Below are positions 39,835-50,044 of a stretch of 64,000 nt of DNA, piece after piece. Source of the stretch: Trueperaceae bacterium (GTDB lineage: Bacteria > Deinococcota > Deinococci > Deinococcales > Trueperaceae); assembly GCA_034520945.1 (NCBI GenBank), contig JAXHNB010000001.1:256001-320000 (forward strand), written 5' to 3'. The notes beneath the pieces are model-generated. The model was not told the origin of the DNA and searched no databases. It saw only the letters and a list, made by a program, of their open reading frames with translations. Position numbers and translations under genes: made by a program. The first letter of the stretch is position 1. Each line of letters starts with the position of its first letter.

Positions 39835-41214
39835 ATGACGCTCGCATCCATGCGAACGACCCGCATCCCAACTCTCCGCCTCCTCGCAGCCCTACTGCTG
39901 AGCGTGGCGGTGACCGGCCTCGCCCACGCCCAGCAAGGGGGCGAGTCCGAAGACGTCGTCGCCCTCGAGGCCGTGGCCGACGGCTTCAACTCGCCCGTGC
40001 AGCTGGCGTCGCCGCCCGATGACCCGCGCCGCTTCGTGGTCGACCGTGTCGGCGCGATCTACCTGCTGCACGAGGATGGCAGCGTGGCCGACACGCCGTT
40101 CCTGGACCTCCGCGACGAGATCGTCGAGCTGCAGGACGGCTTCGACGAGCGTGGCCTGCTGGGCCTGGCGTTCCACCCCGACTTCAGCGAGAACGGGCGC
40201 TTCTTCGTGTACTACAGCGCTCCGCTGCGGGACGCCGCGCCGGACGACTGGGACCACACCGCCTACGTCTCCGAGTTCAAGACCGCCGAGCCCGAGGAGG
40301 ACGACGCCCCGCGCGGCTCGACCGACACGGCCGACCCGAACACCGAGCGTGTGCTGATGGCCATCGATCAGCCCAACTTCAACCACGACGGCGGCACCCT
40401 GGACTTCGGGCCCGACGGGTACCTCTACATTGGGCTGGGCGACGGCGGCAACGCCGATGACGCCGGCCTTGGACACCAGCCGATGGGCCACGGGCAGGAC
40501 ACCACCTCGCTGCTCGGCAACATCCTGCGGATCGACGTGGACCGCGGCTGGCCCGGCTACGCCGTGCCCGAAGACAACCCGTTCGTGGGTGACCCGACCC
40601 GGCCGAACGAGATCTACTCCTGGGGTTGGCGCAACCCCTGGCGCATGAGCTTCGACGCCGCCGGCAACGGCGACCTGTACGTCGGCACCAACGGGCAGAA
40701 CCTGTGGGAGGCCGTCTACCGCATCCGTGAACCCGGCAACGCCGGCTGGAACATCCTCGAAGGCACGCACTGCTTCGATCCGGACGCCCCGAACACCACG
40801 CCGGCCAGCACGGCCTGCGACACGGTCGGCCCGCAGGGCGAGCCGCTGAAGCTGCCGGTCATCGAGTACCCGCATCCCGGCAACCAAGGCGACTACGAGC
40901 ATGCCGGCATCTCCGTCGTCGGCGGCTACGTCTACCGCGGCGACGACATCCCGGCGCTGCAGGGCCGCTACGTGTTCGGCGACTGGAGCCTCGGCTTCGG
41001 CGAGCCGCAGGGTCAGCTGTTCGTCAGCACGCCGAATGCGTCCCACACCGAGGGCGGCACCTGGGCGCTCGAGCGGTTGGACGTCCTGGACAGCTACATC
41101 CTCGGGTTCGGGCAGGACAGTGAGAACGAGCTGTACGTGCTGACCACGGAGAGCACCGGCCCCACCGGCTCCACCGGCGCCGTGCACAAGCTGGTCCCGG
41201 CGGACGCCGAGTAA
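39835..41214 (+). CDS. GSDH-family beta-propeller (copy 2)
   Basis: As copy 1, with two amino-acid changes (TAAP>TAEP, STNT>STDT). Confidence 0.85.
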   Translation: MTLASMRTTRIPTLRLLAALLLSVAVTGLAHAQQGGESEDVVALEAVADGFNSPVQLASPPDDPRRFVVDRVGAIYLLHEDGSVADTPFLDLRDEIVELQDGFDERGLLGLAFHPDFSENGRFFVYYSAPLRDAAPDDWDHTAYVSEFKTAEPEEDDAPRGSTDTADPNTERVLMAIDQPNFNHDGGTLDFGPDGYLYIGLGDGGNADDAGLGHQPMGHGQDTTSLLGNILRIDVDRGWPGYAVPEDNPFVGDPTRPNEIYSWGWRNPWRMSFDAAGNGDLYVGTNGQNLWEAVYRIREPGNAGWNILEGTHCFDPDAPNTTPASTACDTVGPQGEPLKLPVIEYPHPGNQGDYEHAGISVVGGYVYRGDDIPALQGRYVFGDWSLGFGEPQGQLFVSTPNASHTEGGTWALERLDVLDSYILGFGQDSENELYVLTTESTGPTGSTGAVHKLVPADAE

Positions 41215-41299
41215 CCCAGCGATCCCGCGTTCGGCACCCCGCCCGCATCTTGCGGCGGGGTGCCGACCTGTCCCGCGACGACGAACGAAAGGACCACGA

Positions 41300-43054
41300 A
41301 TGGACGGATGCACCTTCGCTCGCCTGCGCAGGTGGGGGATCGTGGCTGCGGCCGCGATCCTCGCCTTCGCGGGCGCCCAGTCGCCCCCGAACGTCGAGGC
41401 GGAGCTGGTCGTCGACGGCCTCACCTCCCCCGTGCAGCTGACCGCCCCACCGGATGACCCCCGCCGCTTCGTGGTCGAACAGACCGGTCAGATCCGCATC
41501 CTCCAGGAGGACGGCACCCTGGCGGACACCCCGTTCCTGGATCTCAGCGACCGCATCGTGACGTTGCGCGACGGCTTCGAGGAACGCGGCCTGTTGGGCC
41601 TGGCGTTCCACCCCGAATTCGCGGACAACGGACGGTTCTACGTGCACTACAGCGCGCCGCTCCGGGAGCGCGCGCCCGACGGCTGGGACCACACCGCCCG
41701 CATCAGCGAGTTCCGGGTGCCGGCCGACTCGCCCGAGGAGGCCGACCCGAACTCCGAACGCGTGCTACTCCGCGTCGATCATCCCAACCGCAAGACCAAC
41801 GCCGGCGCGCTGGCGTTCGGGCCCGACGGCTACCTCTACGCCGCGATCGGCGAGGGTGGCGGCGCGCACGGCATCGGCGAGGTCGCCTTCGGGGCGCTGG
41901 AAGTGCCCGAACGCGGCAACGTCTGGGACGCGCTGGCGCAGGACGTGCACACGCCCTACGGCAAGATCCTGCGATTGGACGTGGATCACGGTTGGCCCGG
42001 CTACGCCGTGCCTGAGTCCAACCCGTTCGTCGGCACGCCCGGGATGGACGAGATCTACGCCTGGGGGTTCCGCAACCACTACCGCATGGCGTTCGATCAC
42101 GAGGGTGACGGCGCGCTCTACGTCGCCGCCGTCAGCGAGTCGATCTCGGAAGCGGTGTATCGCGTCGATGGGCCCGGCAACTACGGTTGGCCCATCCGCG
42201 AGGGCACGCATTGTTACGACCGCCAGGCACCGCTCGATCCGCCCGAGGACTGTTCTCGCTATGGGCCCGAGGGGTGGCGCATTCACGATCCCGTGGTGGC
42301 GTACTACAACGTGAACGTCGCCGAGTCCGACATCGACGCCGAGCCGCGCGGCACCGCCGTGGTCGGGGCGCAGGTGTACCGCGGTGACGACATCCCCGAG
42401 CTGCGCGGACGCCTGCTCGTCGCCGACTACTCGCAGAACCCCCAGGAACCGAGCGGCACGGTGTTCGTGGCTGGGCCCGAGGGCGACGTGAGCGCGACCT
42501 GGCCGCTACGGCAGCTCGTGCAGGTCGACGCCCGCGCGCAAGGTCTGGGCGTGGACGTGGAGGGAGAGGCGTACCTGCTGACCCGTGAAGCGTTCGCCCC
42601 CAGCGGCGATACGGGACGCATCTACCGGCTCGTGCCAGCCAGCGACGACGGCGACGAGGCAGGAGCGGGCGCGTCCGATGGGCAGGACGCCGCCTCGGCC
42701 GACGCCGCCGCAGCGGGATTCTCGTTCACCGCCGCCCAGGCTGAGCAGGGCTCGAGCGTCTACGACGAGCAATGCCAGAGCTGCCACGCAGACGACCTTC
42801 GGGCGCAGGGGCCGTTCCCGCCCCTGACCGGTTCCGAATTCTTCGGCTCCTGGGAGGGCCGTCCCGTCAGCGAGATGTACGCCTTCATCCGAGGCAACAT
42901 GCCGCTGGGATCGGCCGGCTCGCTGTCCGATGAAGCGTATGCCGAGGTGATGGCCTACTGGTTGCAACGGCACGGCTACCAGGCCGGCGAGGCGCCCCTT
43001 CCTGGCGACCCCGCCGCCCTGCCGGAGGACGTACCGGTCGAGGACCGCCGTTGA
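41300..43054 (+). CDS. GSDH-family beta-propeller + cytochrome c (copy 2)
   Basis: As copy 1; CQSCH retained. Confidence 0.85.
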   Translation: MDGCTFARLRRWGIVAAAAILAFAGAQSPPNVEAELVVDGLTSPVQLTAPPDDPRRFVVEQTGQIRILQEDGTLADTPFLDLSDRIVTLRDGFEERGLLGLAFHPEFADNGRFYVHYSAPLRERAPDGWDHTARISEFRVPADSPEEADPNSERVLLRVDHPNRKTNAGALAFGPDGYLYAAIGEGGGAHGIGEVAFGALEVPERGNVWDALAQDVHTPYGKILRLDVDHGWPGYAVPESNPFVGTPGMDEIYAWGFRNHYRMAFDHEGDGALYVAAVSESISEAVYRVDGPGNYGWPIREGTHCYDRQAPLDPPEDCSRYGPEGWRIHDPVVAYYNVNVAESDIDAEPRGTAVVGAQVYRGDDIPELRGRLLVADYSQNPQEPSGTVFVAGPEGDVSATWPLRQLVQVDARAQGLGVDVEGEAYLLTREAFAPSGDTGRIYRLVPASDDGDEAGAGASDGQDAASADAAAAGFSFTAAQAEQGSSVYDEQCQSCHADDLRAQGPFPPLTGSEFFGSWEGRPVSEMYAFIRGNMPLGSAGSLSDEAYAEVMAYWLQRHGYQAGEAPLPGDPAALPEDVPVEDRR

Positions 43055-43097
43055 CGCGCCTCGCGCGCCGGCCGTAAGGCCGGGCCGTAGGCGATGC

Positions 43098-43901
43098 CTA
43101 CGGCGTGTCCAGCACCGTCACGTCGTCCCCCACGCGCAGCGTCCCCACCCCGTCGTGCAGCAGGTTCTGCCCGAACAGGACGTTGCCGCCGCGCTTGCGG
43201 GTCCGGTTCAGCGTCCGCAGCGGTTCCGGCCCCGCCTCCAGCGTGTCGGGATGCAGGGTCGGGACCACGCAGCGTGCGCAGGGCTTGGCGACCCGGAACG
43301 CCACCTCGCCGATCCGGATTCGGGTCCAGCCGTCCTCCGCGTAGGGGGCCGCGCCCGACGCCACCAGGTTGGGGCGAAAGCGCACCATCTCCAGCGGCGC
43401 GTCCAGCTGGCGGTTCAGCTCGTCCAACGAGGCGCTGCCGATCAGGTGGAACGGATAGCCGTCCGCGAAGGCGACCCGGTCGTCCGCGTGGGCGTAGGCG
43501 GGGTCGACCCGGCGCGCGCCGTCCGGCGGGAAGACCACCAGTCGGTGCCCCTCGCCCAACACCCGGCCGATCCATTCGTCTGCGCTTCGGCCGCACGACC
43601 AGGCCGTCACGGGGTCGTTCCACACGGTCACGGCGACCTCGCGTGCCGGCGTGGGCGGGCGCGGCAGGTCCAAGTCCGGCAGGCCCGGCGCGGACAATCG
43701 CAGTTGCTCGGCATGAAGCGTGGGCGTGATGCGGCCCAGGCGGGGGTCCTCGCGTTGGCTGCGAAAGCGGCCGCGTCGGTCCACTACCATCCAGCGCCGG
43801 TCGTCCCGTAGGCCGGTGCGCACCACCTCCGCCGCGTTCAGCGGTACGGCGCGCCCCGACTTCAGCGGGTAGGCGTACAGGGCGCTCAGCCGCACCGTCA
43901 C
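43098..43901 (-). CDS. MOSC-domain protein (copy 2)
   Basis: Translation identical to copy 1. Confidence 0.88.
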   Translation of the reverse strand: MTVRLSALYAYPLKSGRAVPLNAAEVVRTGLRDDRRWMVVDRRGRFRSQREDPRLGRITPTLHAEQLRLSAPGLPDLDLPRPPTPAREVAVTVWNDPVTAWSCGRSADEWIGRVLGEGHRLVVFPPDGARRVDPAYAHADDRVAFADGYPFHLIGSASLDELNRQLDAPLEMVRFRPNLVASGAAPYAEDGWTRIRIGEVAFRVAKPCARCVVPTLHPDTLEAGPEPLRTLNRTRKRGGNVLFGQNLLHDGVGTLRVGDDVTVLDTP

Positions 43902-43906
43902 CGCGT

Positions 43907-45475
43907 TCAGCCGGCCGACGCGGCTGCGTCGGCGTTGGTGCGCCGGACGGTCTCGTCGCGCAGGCGCGCCAGCGCGGGCGAGAGCGAGACGTGGTAGCGG
44001 TGCGGGCGCAGGATGCGGCGCACGCCGGGGTAGTGCCGCGCCAGGTCGTTGCGGCACCGCTCGCGCAGCGTCTCCAGCGGCGCCTCGGCCGCGGTGCGGG
44101 CGCCGTCCTGGAAAGCGGGGCTCAGCAACGGTTCGACATCGGAGACGTCGCTGCGCGCGAGGGTGCGGGTGGTGTCGACCTCGCGGGGGTGATGGGCCAC
44201 CAGGTCGTCGCCGCCGCGGCGGGGGTCCTCGCCTGCGAGGGTGACCAGGTCGACGGTGGCGTTTCCGAGGGCGTCGTACACGCGCCACACGCGCTTGTCG
44301 CCCGGCACCAGCGCCTTCGACGGCGTCTCGGACAGCTTGACGGCCGGCAGCCAGCCGTCATCGCCGCGGATCTGCACCAGCTTGTATACGCCGTCCAGGG
44401 CGGCGTCGCCTTCGGAGGTGATCAGGCGGGTCCCGACGCCGTACGCCAGGCGGGAGAGCAGCCGGCCCGCGTCGACGCCGTACGCGCTGGCCTCCTCCGT
44501 GATCTGCGTGCGGATCTGCCACAGGGTGAACTCGTCCAGCTCGTTGGACAGCACGATGGCGGCGTCCTCGAAGCCGGCGTCGTTCAGCTGGCGGGCCGAC
44601 TGGATCGCCAGGTGCGCCAGGTCGCCCGAGTCCAGCCGCACGCCGATGGGTTCGTGCCCCCGTTGGCGCAGGCGTTCGAAGGTCCGGATCGCGTTGGGGA
44701 TGCCGGAGTCGAGCGTGTCGACGGTATCGACCAGCAGTAGGCAGTCGTCTGGGAACGCCTCGGCGTAGGCGTCGAAGGCGCCGGCCTCGCCCATGCCGAG
44801 CGCCATGAACGCCTGCACCATCGAGTGCGCGTGCGTGCCGGCCGGGCGCGTGCCCAACGCGAACGCCAGGCCCGTGTTCGAGGTGGCGTCGGCCCCGCCG
44901 ATCAGGGCGGCGCGCGAGCCGGCGTGGACGCCGCGCTCGTGCCCGCGCCGCATGCCGAAGTCGATCACGGCGCCGCCGTGCGCCGCTTGCACCAGCCGCG
45001 CCGCCTTCGTCGCGATCAGGGTGGGGTAGTTGAGGTGGTTCAGCAGCGACGTCTCCAGCAGCTGCAGCCCCGCCAGCGGGCCCCGCACGATCGCGATGGG
45101 GGCGCCGGCGTGCACCACGCGCCCCTCCGGCACGGCGGTGACGGTGACGTCCGCCCCGGCGGGGCGGTCCTGCAGCCACGCCAGGAAGTCGTCGTCGAAC
45201 AGGCGCCGCCCGCTACGGCCCGTCACGGCGCGCAGATACGCCAGGTCGCGGCGTTCGAAGCGCGTCCCCTCCAGCCACTCCAGGAACCAGGCCAGCCCGG
45301 CCGTGACGGCGTAGCCGGCCTGATGCCCGCCGTAGTCCGGGTAGGAGCGGAAGAAGTACTCGAACTGGGCCGGGCGCTCGTGCATGCCCTTCCGGAAGTA
45401 CAGCTGGGCCATGGTGAGTTGGTACATGTCGGTGAACAGCGCGCCTTGCGCGGTCCGCCAGTCGGTCTCGTTCAT
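43907..45475 (-). CDS. pncB: Nicotinate phosphoribosyltransferase (copy 2)
   Basis: As copy 1 with one L>R change. Confidence 0.93.
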   Translation of the reverse strand: MNETDWRTAQGALFTDMYQLTMAQLYFRKGMHERPAQFEYFFRSYPDYGGHQAGYAVTAGLAWFLEWLEGTRFERRDLAYLRAVTGRSGRRLFDDDFLAWLQDRPAGADVTVTAVPEGRVVHAGAPIAIVRGPLAGLQLLETSLLNHLNYPTLIATKAARLVQAAHGGAVIDFGMRRGHERGVHAGSRAALIGGADATSNTGLAFALGTRPAGTHAHSMVQAFMALGMGEAGAFDAYAEAFPDDCLLLVDTVDTLDSGIPNAIRTFERLRQRGHEPIGVRLDSGDLAHLAIQSARQLNDAGFEDAAIVLSNELDEFTLWQIRTQITEEASAYGVDAGRLLSRLAYGVGTRLITSEGDAALDGVYKLVQIRGDDGWLPAVKLSETPSKALVPGDKRVWRVYDALGNATVDLVTLAGEDPRRGGDDLVAHHPREVDTTRTLARSDVSDVEPLLSPAFQDGARTAAEAPLETLRERCRNDLARHYPGVRRILRPHRYHVSLSPALARLRDETVRRTNADAAASAG

Positions 45476-46068
45476 GATCCCTCCGGGGGGTCGTGGCGCG
45501 CGTACAGCCCGTGCGTGTGCAGGTAGGCCGCCACGGCGTCGGGCACGAGGTAGCGAAGGCTCCGGCCGGCCGCGACGCGGCTGCGGACCAGCGTGCCCGA
45601 CACGCCGAACGGCACGGTCTCGATCTTGGTCGCCGCCCGCGCGAACCGTTCGGGCGGGGGCGGCGCCTCCGTGCCGCGCCGGGGAAACACCACCATCTGG
45701 ACGGCTCGGATGAGCGCCTCGGCGCGGTGCCACGTCTCGATCTCGGCCCAGGCGTCGGCCCCGATCAGGTAGGCGAAGGTCGCTTCGGGGTGGCGTTCCT
45801 GCAGGTCCACCACCGTGTCGTACGCGTAGGACGGGCCGCTGCGCCGGATCTCGTCGGCGCGGGCGCGGAACGCCGGGTGGTCCTGTACCGCCAGGCGGGT
45901 CATCTCGAGCCGGTCGAGCGGCGAGGCGTCGGCGGGCTTGTGCGGCGGGTCGCCGGCCGGCAGGAACCACACCTCGTCCAACGGCAGTGCCTCGCGCGCC
46001 TGCTCCGCCATCAGCAGGTGTCCCATGTGCGGCGGGTCGAAGCGCCCCCCGAACAGCCCGACGCGCAT
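45472..46068 (-). CDS. nadD: Nicotinate-nucleotide adenylyltransferase (copy 2)
   Basis: As copy 1. Confidence 0.93.
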   Translation of the reverse strand: MRVGLFGGRFDPPHMGHLLMAEQAREALPLDEVWFLPAGDPPHKPADASPLDRLEMTRLAVQDHPAFRARADEIRRSGPSYAYDTVVDLQERHPEATFAYLIGADAWAEIETWHRAEALIRAVQMVVFPRRGTEAPPPPERFARAATKIETVPFGVSGTLVRSRVAAGRSLRYLVPDAVAAYLHTHGLYARHDPPEGS

Positions 46069-48217
46069 CAGGCGTCTCCGCCGGGCACGTCGGGGACGGC
46101 CGGCCCGCCGTCTCGCGTCGGCGCGCCCTCGAGGTCGCGCACGCGAGCACGGATGGCGCGGAACTGCCACGACCAGGAGGGATCGATCAGGAACGGCCGC
46201 AGGTCGAAGCGGTGGTCCTCCGGGGCGTACGCCTCGGCGTGATAGGCAGGCGTCGACACGGTGGTCTTGTGGCGGTGCGTGGCGTAGGCGCGGAAGAAGC
46301 GCTCGACCTTGTCGGCCACGCGTGAGGGGGGTGTGTCGGTCCAGGTCACGGCCAGGCGCTCGAACGCCTCCAGTGGGCCGTAGCGCTCGATCTTGCGGAG
46401 CCGGCCCAGCTCGCCGAGCTCGGCGTAGGTGAGGCCCATCTCGTCCTCGTCGCGCTGCGCCCCCTCGCCGTCCTCCGGGGTCAGCTCCGCGCTGGGGGCC
46501 GCGCCCAGAATGTCGTCCAGCGCCGTGTAGCCCAGCGTGTCGCGCGCCCATGCCAGGAAGCGCCGCAGATCCACCTTCGAGATGCCACCGATCGGGTTCA
46601 GGTCCGCGGACGAGGTGTCGTACTTGGTGAGGTAGCCCGTCAGGGTCTCGTCCACGTTGGCGGTGCCGACCACCAAGCGCGGGCCCCGCACGCCCCGCAG
46701 GCTGGGGACGCGCTGCGCCAGCAGGTAGGACGCCACCAGGCGGCTGCGGGCCTGCAGGTTCTGCAGCGCCAGGTCGTCCGCCCGGCTGCCCCCTTCGCTC
46801 CGGAAGCGGAGGGGGCGTCCGTGCCGGGAGGGGCGATGGTGCCCGACACGTCCGCCAGCGACGCGACGGCGTCGTCCAGCGTCACCTCCAGATGGTCCGC
46901 CCCGATCTGTTCGGCCAATGCGCGGGCCCGCGCGCGGCTGGCGTCGGTCGACACCTTCGTGGCCAGGTACGCGGTCGTGACCAGGCGTCCCGCCAGCGCG
47001 CGCGGATCGTCGGGGGGATCCTCCCCGGCCGCCAGGCCTAGGACCGCCCGCAGGTCATGGATCACACCGCGCCGGCCGGCGGCGACCTCGCGCGCCAGCA
47101 GGCGGCACATCGAGCCCAGGATCGTCGCCACCGCCGCCGAGTCGCTGCCCCCCGACAGCGCCAGGAAGAACCCGCCGGCCCCGCTGCGGCGCAGGTAGTC
47201 CCACAACCAGCAGGCGGGGCCAAGGGCGATCTCCTCCTCGACCCGGTGCGTGTGGAGCGCGCGGGGCGGGGTGGCGGCGCGGTGGCGGGCCGCGTCCACC
47301 AGGCGCAGGCCGGTCCGCACGCGCGGGTAGGGCTCGGCCATCGACGCTTGCCGCATGCGGGTGGCGCGCGCGCCGCGGAGCGAGCGCACCTGGTCCAGGT
47401 CCACCTCGGCAGTGATCACCTCGACGTCGCGCGGCGAGAACTGCGACCCTTGCGCCACCACGCCGCCGTTCACCACGATCATGGCGCCGCCGTCGAAGTA
47501 CAGGCGCCCCCCGTCGCAGCCCTGCTGGTTGGCGTACAGGTACACGCCGCCGAACCCTTCGGTGGCGGCGCGAATGCGGTGCAGCCGGGTCTCGAGCTTG
47601 CGGAGCTCGTGGTGCGACCCGCTGCCGTTCGCGAAGATCTCGACCCCGTCCAGCCCCAGATCGACGTGGGGGGCGTGGGGCGCGTACAGCTCTTCGCAAC
47701 TCTCAGAAGCGACCACCGTGTCGTCGGTGGACACCACCGCGTCGCCGATCGGGACGGTGTCCTGCCCGGTCCGCGCCCGGATGATGGGCGGCAGCGTGAA
47801 CGGCTCGGTGCGGCGCGCGTGCCGCCAGGCGGCGAACCAGCGGCCCTCGCGGTAGTTGCCGTCGTCCGCCAGCTCGCGTTTGGGGCGGACCAGCAGCACC
47901 CGGCGGTCCAACAGGAACACGCGGGCGTTGTAGCGCACCCCGCGGTGCATGAGCGGCATGCCCACGTCGCACAGGATGCCGTCGGTGAGATCGTCCGCCA
48001 GGAGCTCGGCCAGAACCTCGAACGAGTGCCGCACGGTGTCGCGCTCCAGGAAGTGGTCCTCGCAGCCGTAGCCGGGGATCTCGAGTTCCGGCCCCAGCCG
48101 GAAGCGCGCCCCGCGCGCCTTGGCCTCCTCGATCGAGGCGCGGATGCGGGTCAGGTTGCCGCCGAAGTCAAGCGCCCACTGGTCCAGGTTGCAGGTCGCG
48201 ACCGTCGCGACGTTCAC
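46068..48217 (-). CDS. nadE: Eukaryotic-type glutamine-dependent NAD+ synthetase (copy 2), same frameshift near 46810-46850
   Basis: As copy 1. Confidence 0.92.
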
Positions 48218-48822
48218 GTGCCGCGCGGTTCGAAGCGAAGATCGGCCGCGCGCACCACCTGGCCCAGGTACAGGAAGGTGAGCTGCCGCAGGGTGGCGTG
48301 CAGGTCGAAGTCGCTCAACGCCGAGACGCCGTCCTCGACCAGCGCCACGTCGTACCACCGCAGCGCCGCGGAGGCGGCGGTGTGCTGCACGCAGATGTTG
48401 GCGACCGTGCCCAACACCACCACGTAGTGAACACCCCACACCCGCAGCTGGTGATCCAGTGGGGTGCCGTAGAAGCCGTCGTAGCGGGGCTTTTGCATCA
48501 CCGGCTCCTGCGGTTTGGGGGTGAGCTCCGGCACGATCTCGGCGCCCCACGAGCCGCGGACGGCGTGGCGGGGCCAGACGCGGAACTCCGGATCGTCCTG
48601 CTCGTGCCAGTCCTGGGTGTACGCCACACGGGCGCCGGCCTGGCGGGCGCGGTCCATCACGTCGCGGATCACGGGGACGGTGCTTGCTGCGCTGGGCACG
48701 TGCAGGGCGCCGCCCTCGGCCACGAAGTCGTTCTGCATGTCGACCGTGATCACCGCGGTGCGCTCCGCGGGCAGGCGCAGCCCGTCGCTACGGGGGATGT
48801 CGGGCACCTCGACGTGCGGCAT
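48214..48822 (-). CDS. pncA: Probable nicotinamidase (copy 2)
   Basis: As copy 1. Confidence 0.8.
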   Translation of the reverse strand: MPHVEVPDIPRSDGLRLPAERTAVITVDMQNDFVAEGGALHVPSAASTVPVIRDVMDRARQAGARVAYTQDWHEQDDPEFRVWPRHAVRGSWGAEIVPELTPKPQEPVMQKPRYDGFYGTPLDHQLRVWGVHYVVVLGTVANICVQHTAASAALRWYDVALVEDGVSALSDFDLHATLRQLTFLYLGQVVRAADLRFEPRGT

Positions 48823-48895
48823 GGAAACCTCCTCACACAAAGGGTTCGTTCATTCCCGTCAGGCTACCGCGCGACCGTCCTCCAGCGCGTTTCGC

Positions 48896-49282
48896 TCATC
48901 GCGGCGGCGTGGGCGGGTCGTCCTCGCCCTCGGGCGCGTCGAAGTCGCCGTCGGTGCGATCGTACTTCCCCTTCAGCTCGTCGATGCCGGTGCGTTCCCA
49001 TAGCGACACGCCGTCGTAGTAGGCGGCGCGGCCCAGCACGTGGGCGGCCACCGGCGCCGTCAGCAGCAGGAACAGGAATACCAGCAGCGCCTTGGTGGTG
49101 GTCGCGGTGGCGCCGAACAGTACGGCGGTGGCGGCCAGGATCAGGCCCGCCCCCAGCGTGCCGGCCTTGGTGGTGGCGTGCATGCGCATGAACAGGTCGG
49201 GGAAGCGGACGGCGCCCAGCGCGGAGACCAGCACGAAGAAGGTCCCGAGCACGAGAAGCAGGATGGCCAATGCCTCAGTCAC
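48896..49282 (-). CDS. mrpG: Mrp subunit G (copy 2)
   Basis: As copy 1. Confidence 0.92.
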   Translation of the reverse strand: MTEALAILLLVLGTFFVLVSALGAVRFPDLFMRMHATTKAGTLGAGLILAATAVLFGATATTTKALLVFLFLLLTAPVAAHVLGRAAYYDGVSLWERTGIDELKGKYDRTDGDFDAPEGEDDPPTPPR

Positions 49283-49574
49283 GGTCGGACCTCTGTCGCT
49301 CGATGAAGCGCGCGAACGCGATCGTGCCCAGGAAGGAGATAAGCGCCAGCGCGATGGCGGCGTCCAACAGCACGGCGGTCCGCGTGGCGATGGCGACCAG
49401 GGCGATGACCGACACCGCCATCAGGCCGATCATGTCCAGCGCCATCACGCGGTCGGGCAGGCTGGGACCGCGGATCACGCGGTAGAGGGCCAGCGCGATC
49501 GACACCGCGACGCCCGTCAACGCCAGGTAGGCCGTCACGTCCAGCAGGGCGAAGGACGGGTCGAACAGGATCAC
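49275..49574 (-). CDS. mrpF: Mrp subunit F (copy 2)
   Basis: As copy 1. Confidence 0.92.
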   Translation of the reverse strand: MILFDPSFALLDVTAYLALTGVAVSIALALYRVIRGPSLPDRVMALDMIGLMAVSVIALVAIATRTAVLLDAAIALALISFLGTIAFARFIERQRSDRD

Positions 49575-50044
49575 CGGAACACCTCCAGGATGCGGCGTTC
49601 GAAGCTCGACTTGATGTCACGCACCAACCGCTCCGGGTCGTCCGCGAACATGGCGTGTACGTAGAGGCAGCTCTTGTCCGCGGCCACGTCGATCGAGAGG
49701 GTGCCGGGCGTGAGCGAGATCAGGTTGGCCAGCAGCGTGATCTGCGCGTCGGTGGTCAGGTCCAGCGGGACCGCGATCACGGCCGGCTGAGCACGCAGGC
49801 GCGGGCGGAGCACGTCCACCGCGACGCGCACGCTGGACAGGGCCAACTCGCGCAGGAAGAACAGGAACAGGCCCACGACCCGCACGAAGCGCACGGCGTA
49901 GCGCCGGTCGCCCAGCGCCCCGCCGACGAAGTGCAGGACCACCATGCCGACCCCGAAGCCGATCACGAGGTTCACCTCGGACAGCGATCCGGTGGCGAAC
50001 GCCCACATGAACGCCAGCACCAGGTTCAGGCCGAACAGGCTCAT
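49571..50044 (-). CDS. mrpE: Mrp subunit E (copy 2)
   Basis: As copy 1. Confidence 0.92.
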   Translation of the reverse strand: MSLFGLNLVLAFMWAFATGSLSEVNLVIGFGVGMVVLHFVGGALGDRRYAVRFVRVVGLFLFFLRELALSSVRVAVDVLRPRLRAQPAVIAVPLDLTTDAQITLLANLISLTPGTLSIDVAADKSCLYVHAMFADDPERLVRDIKSSFERRILEVFR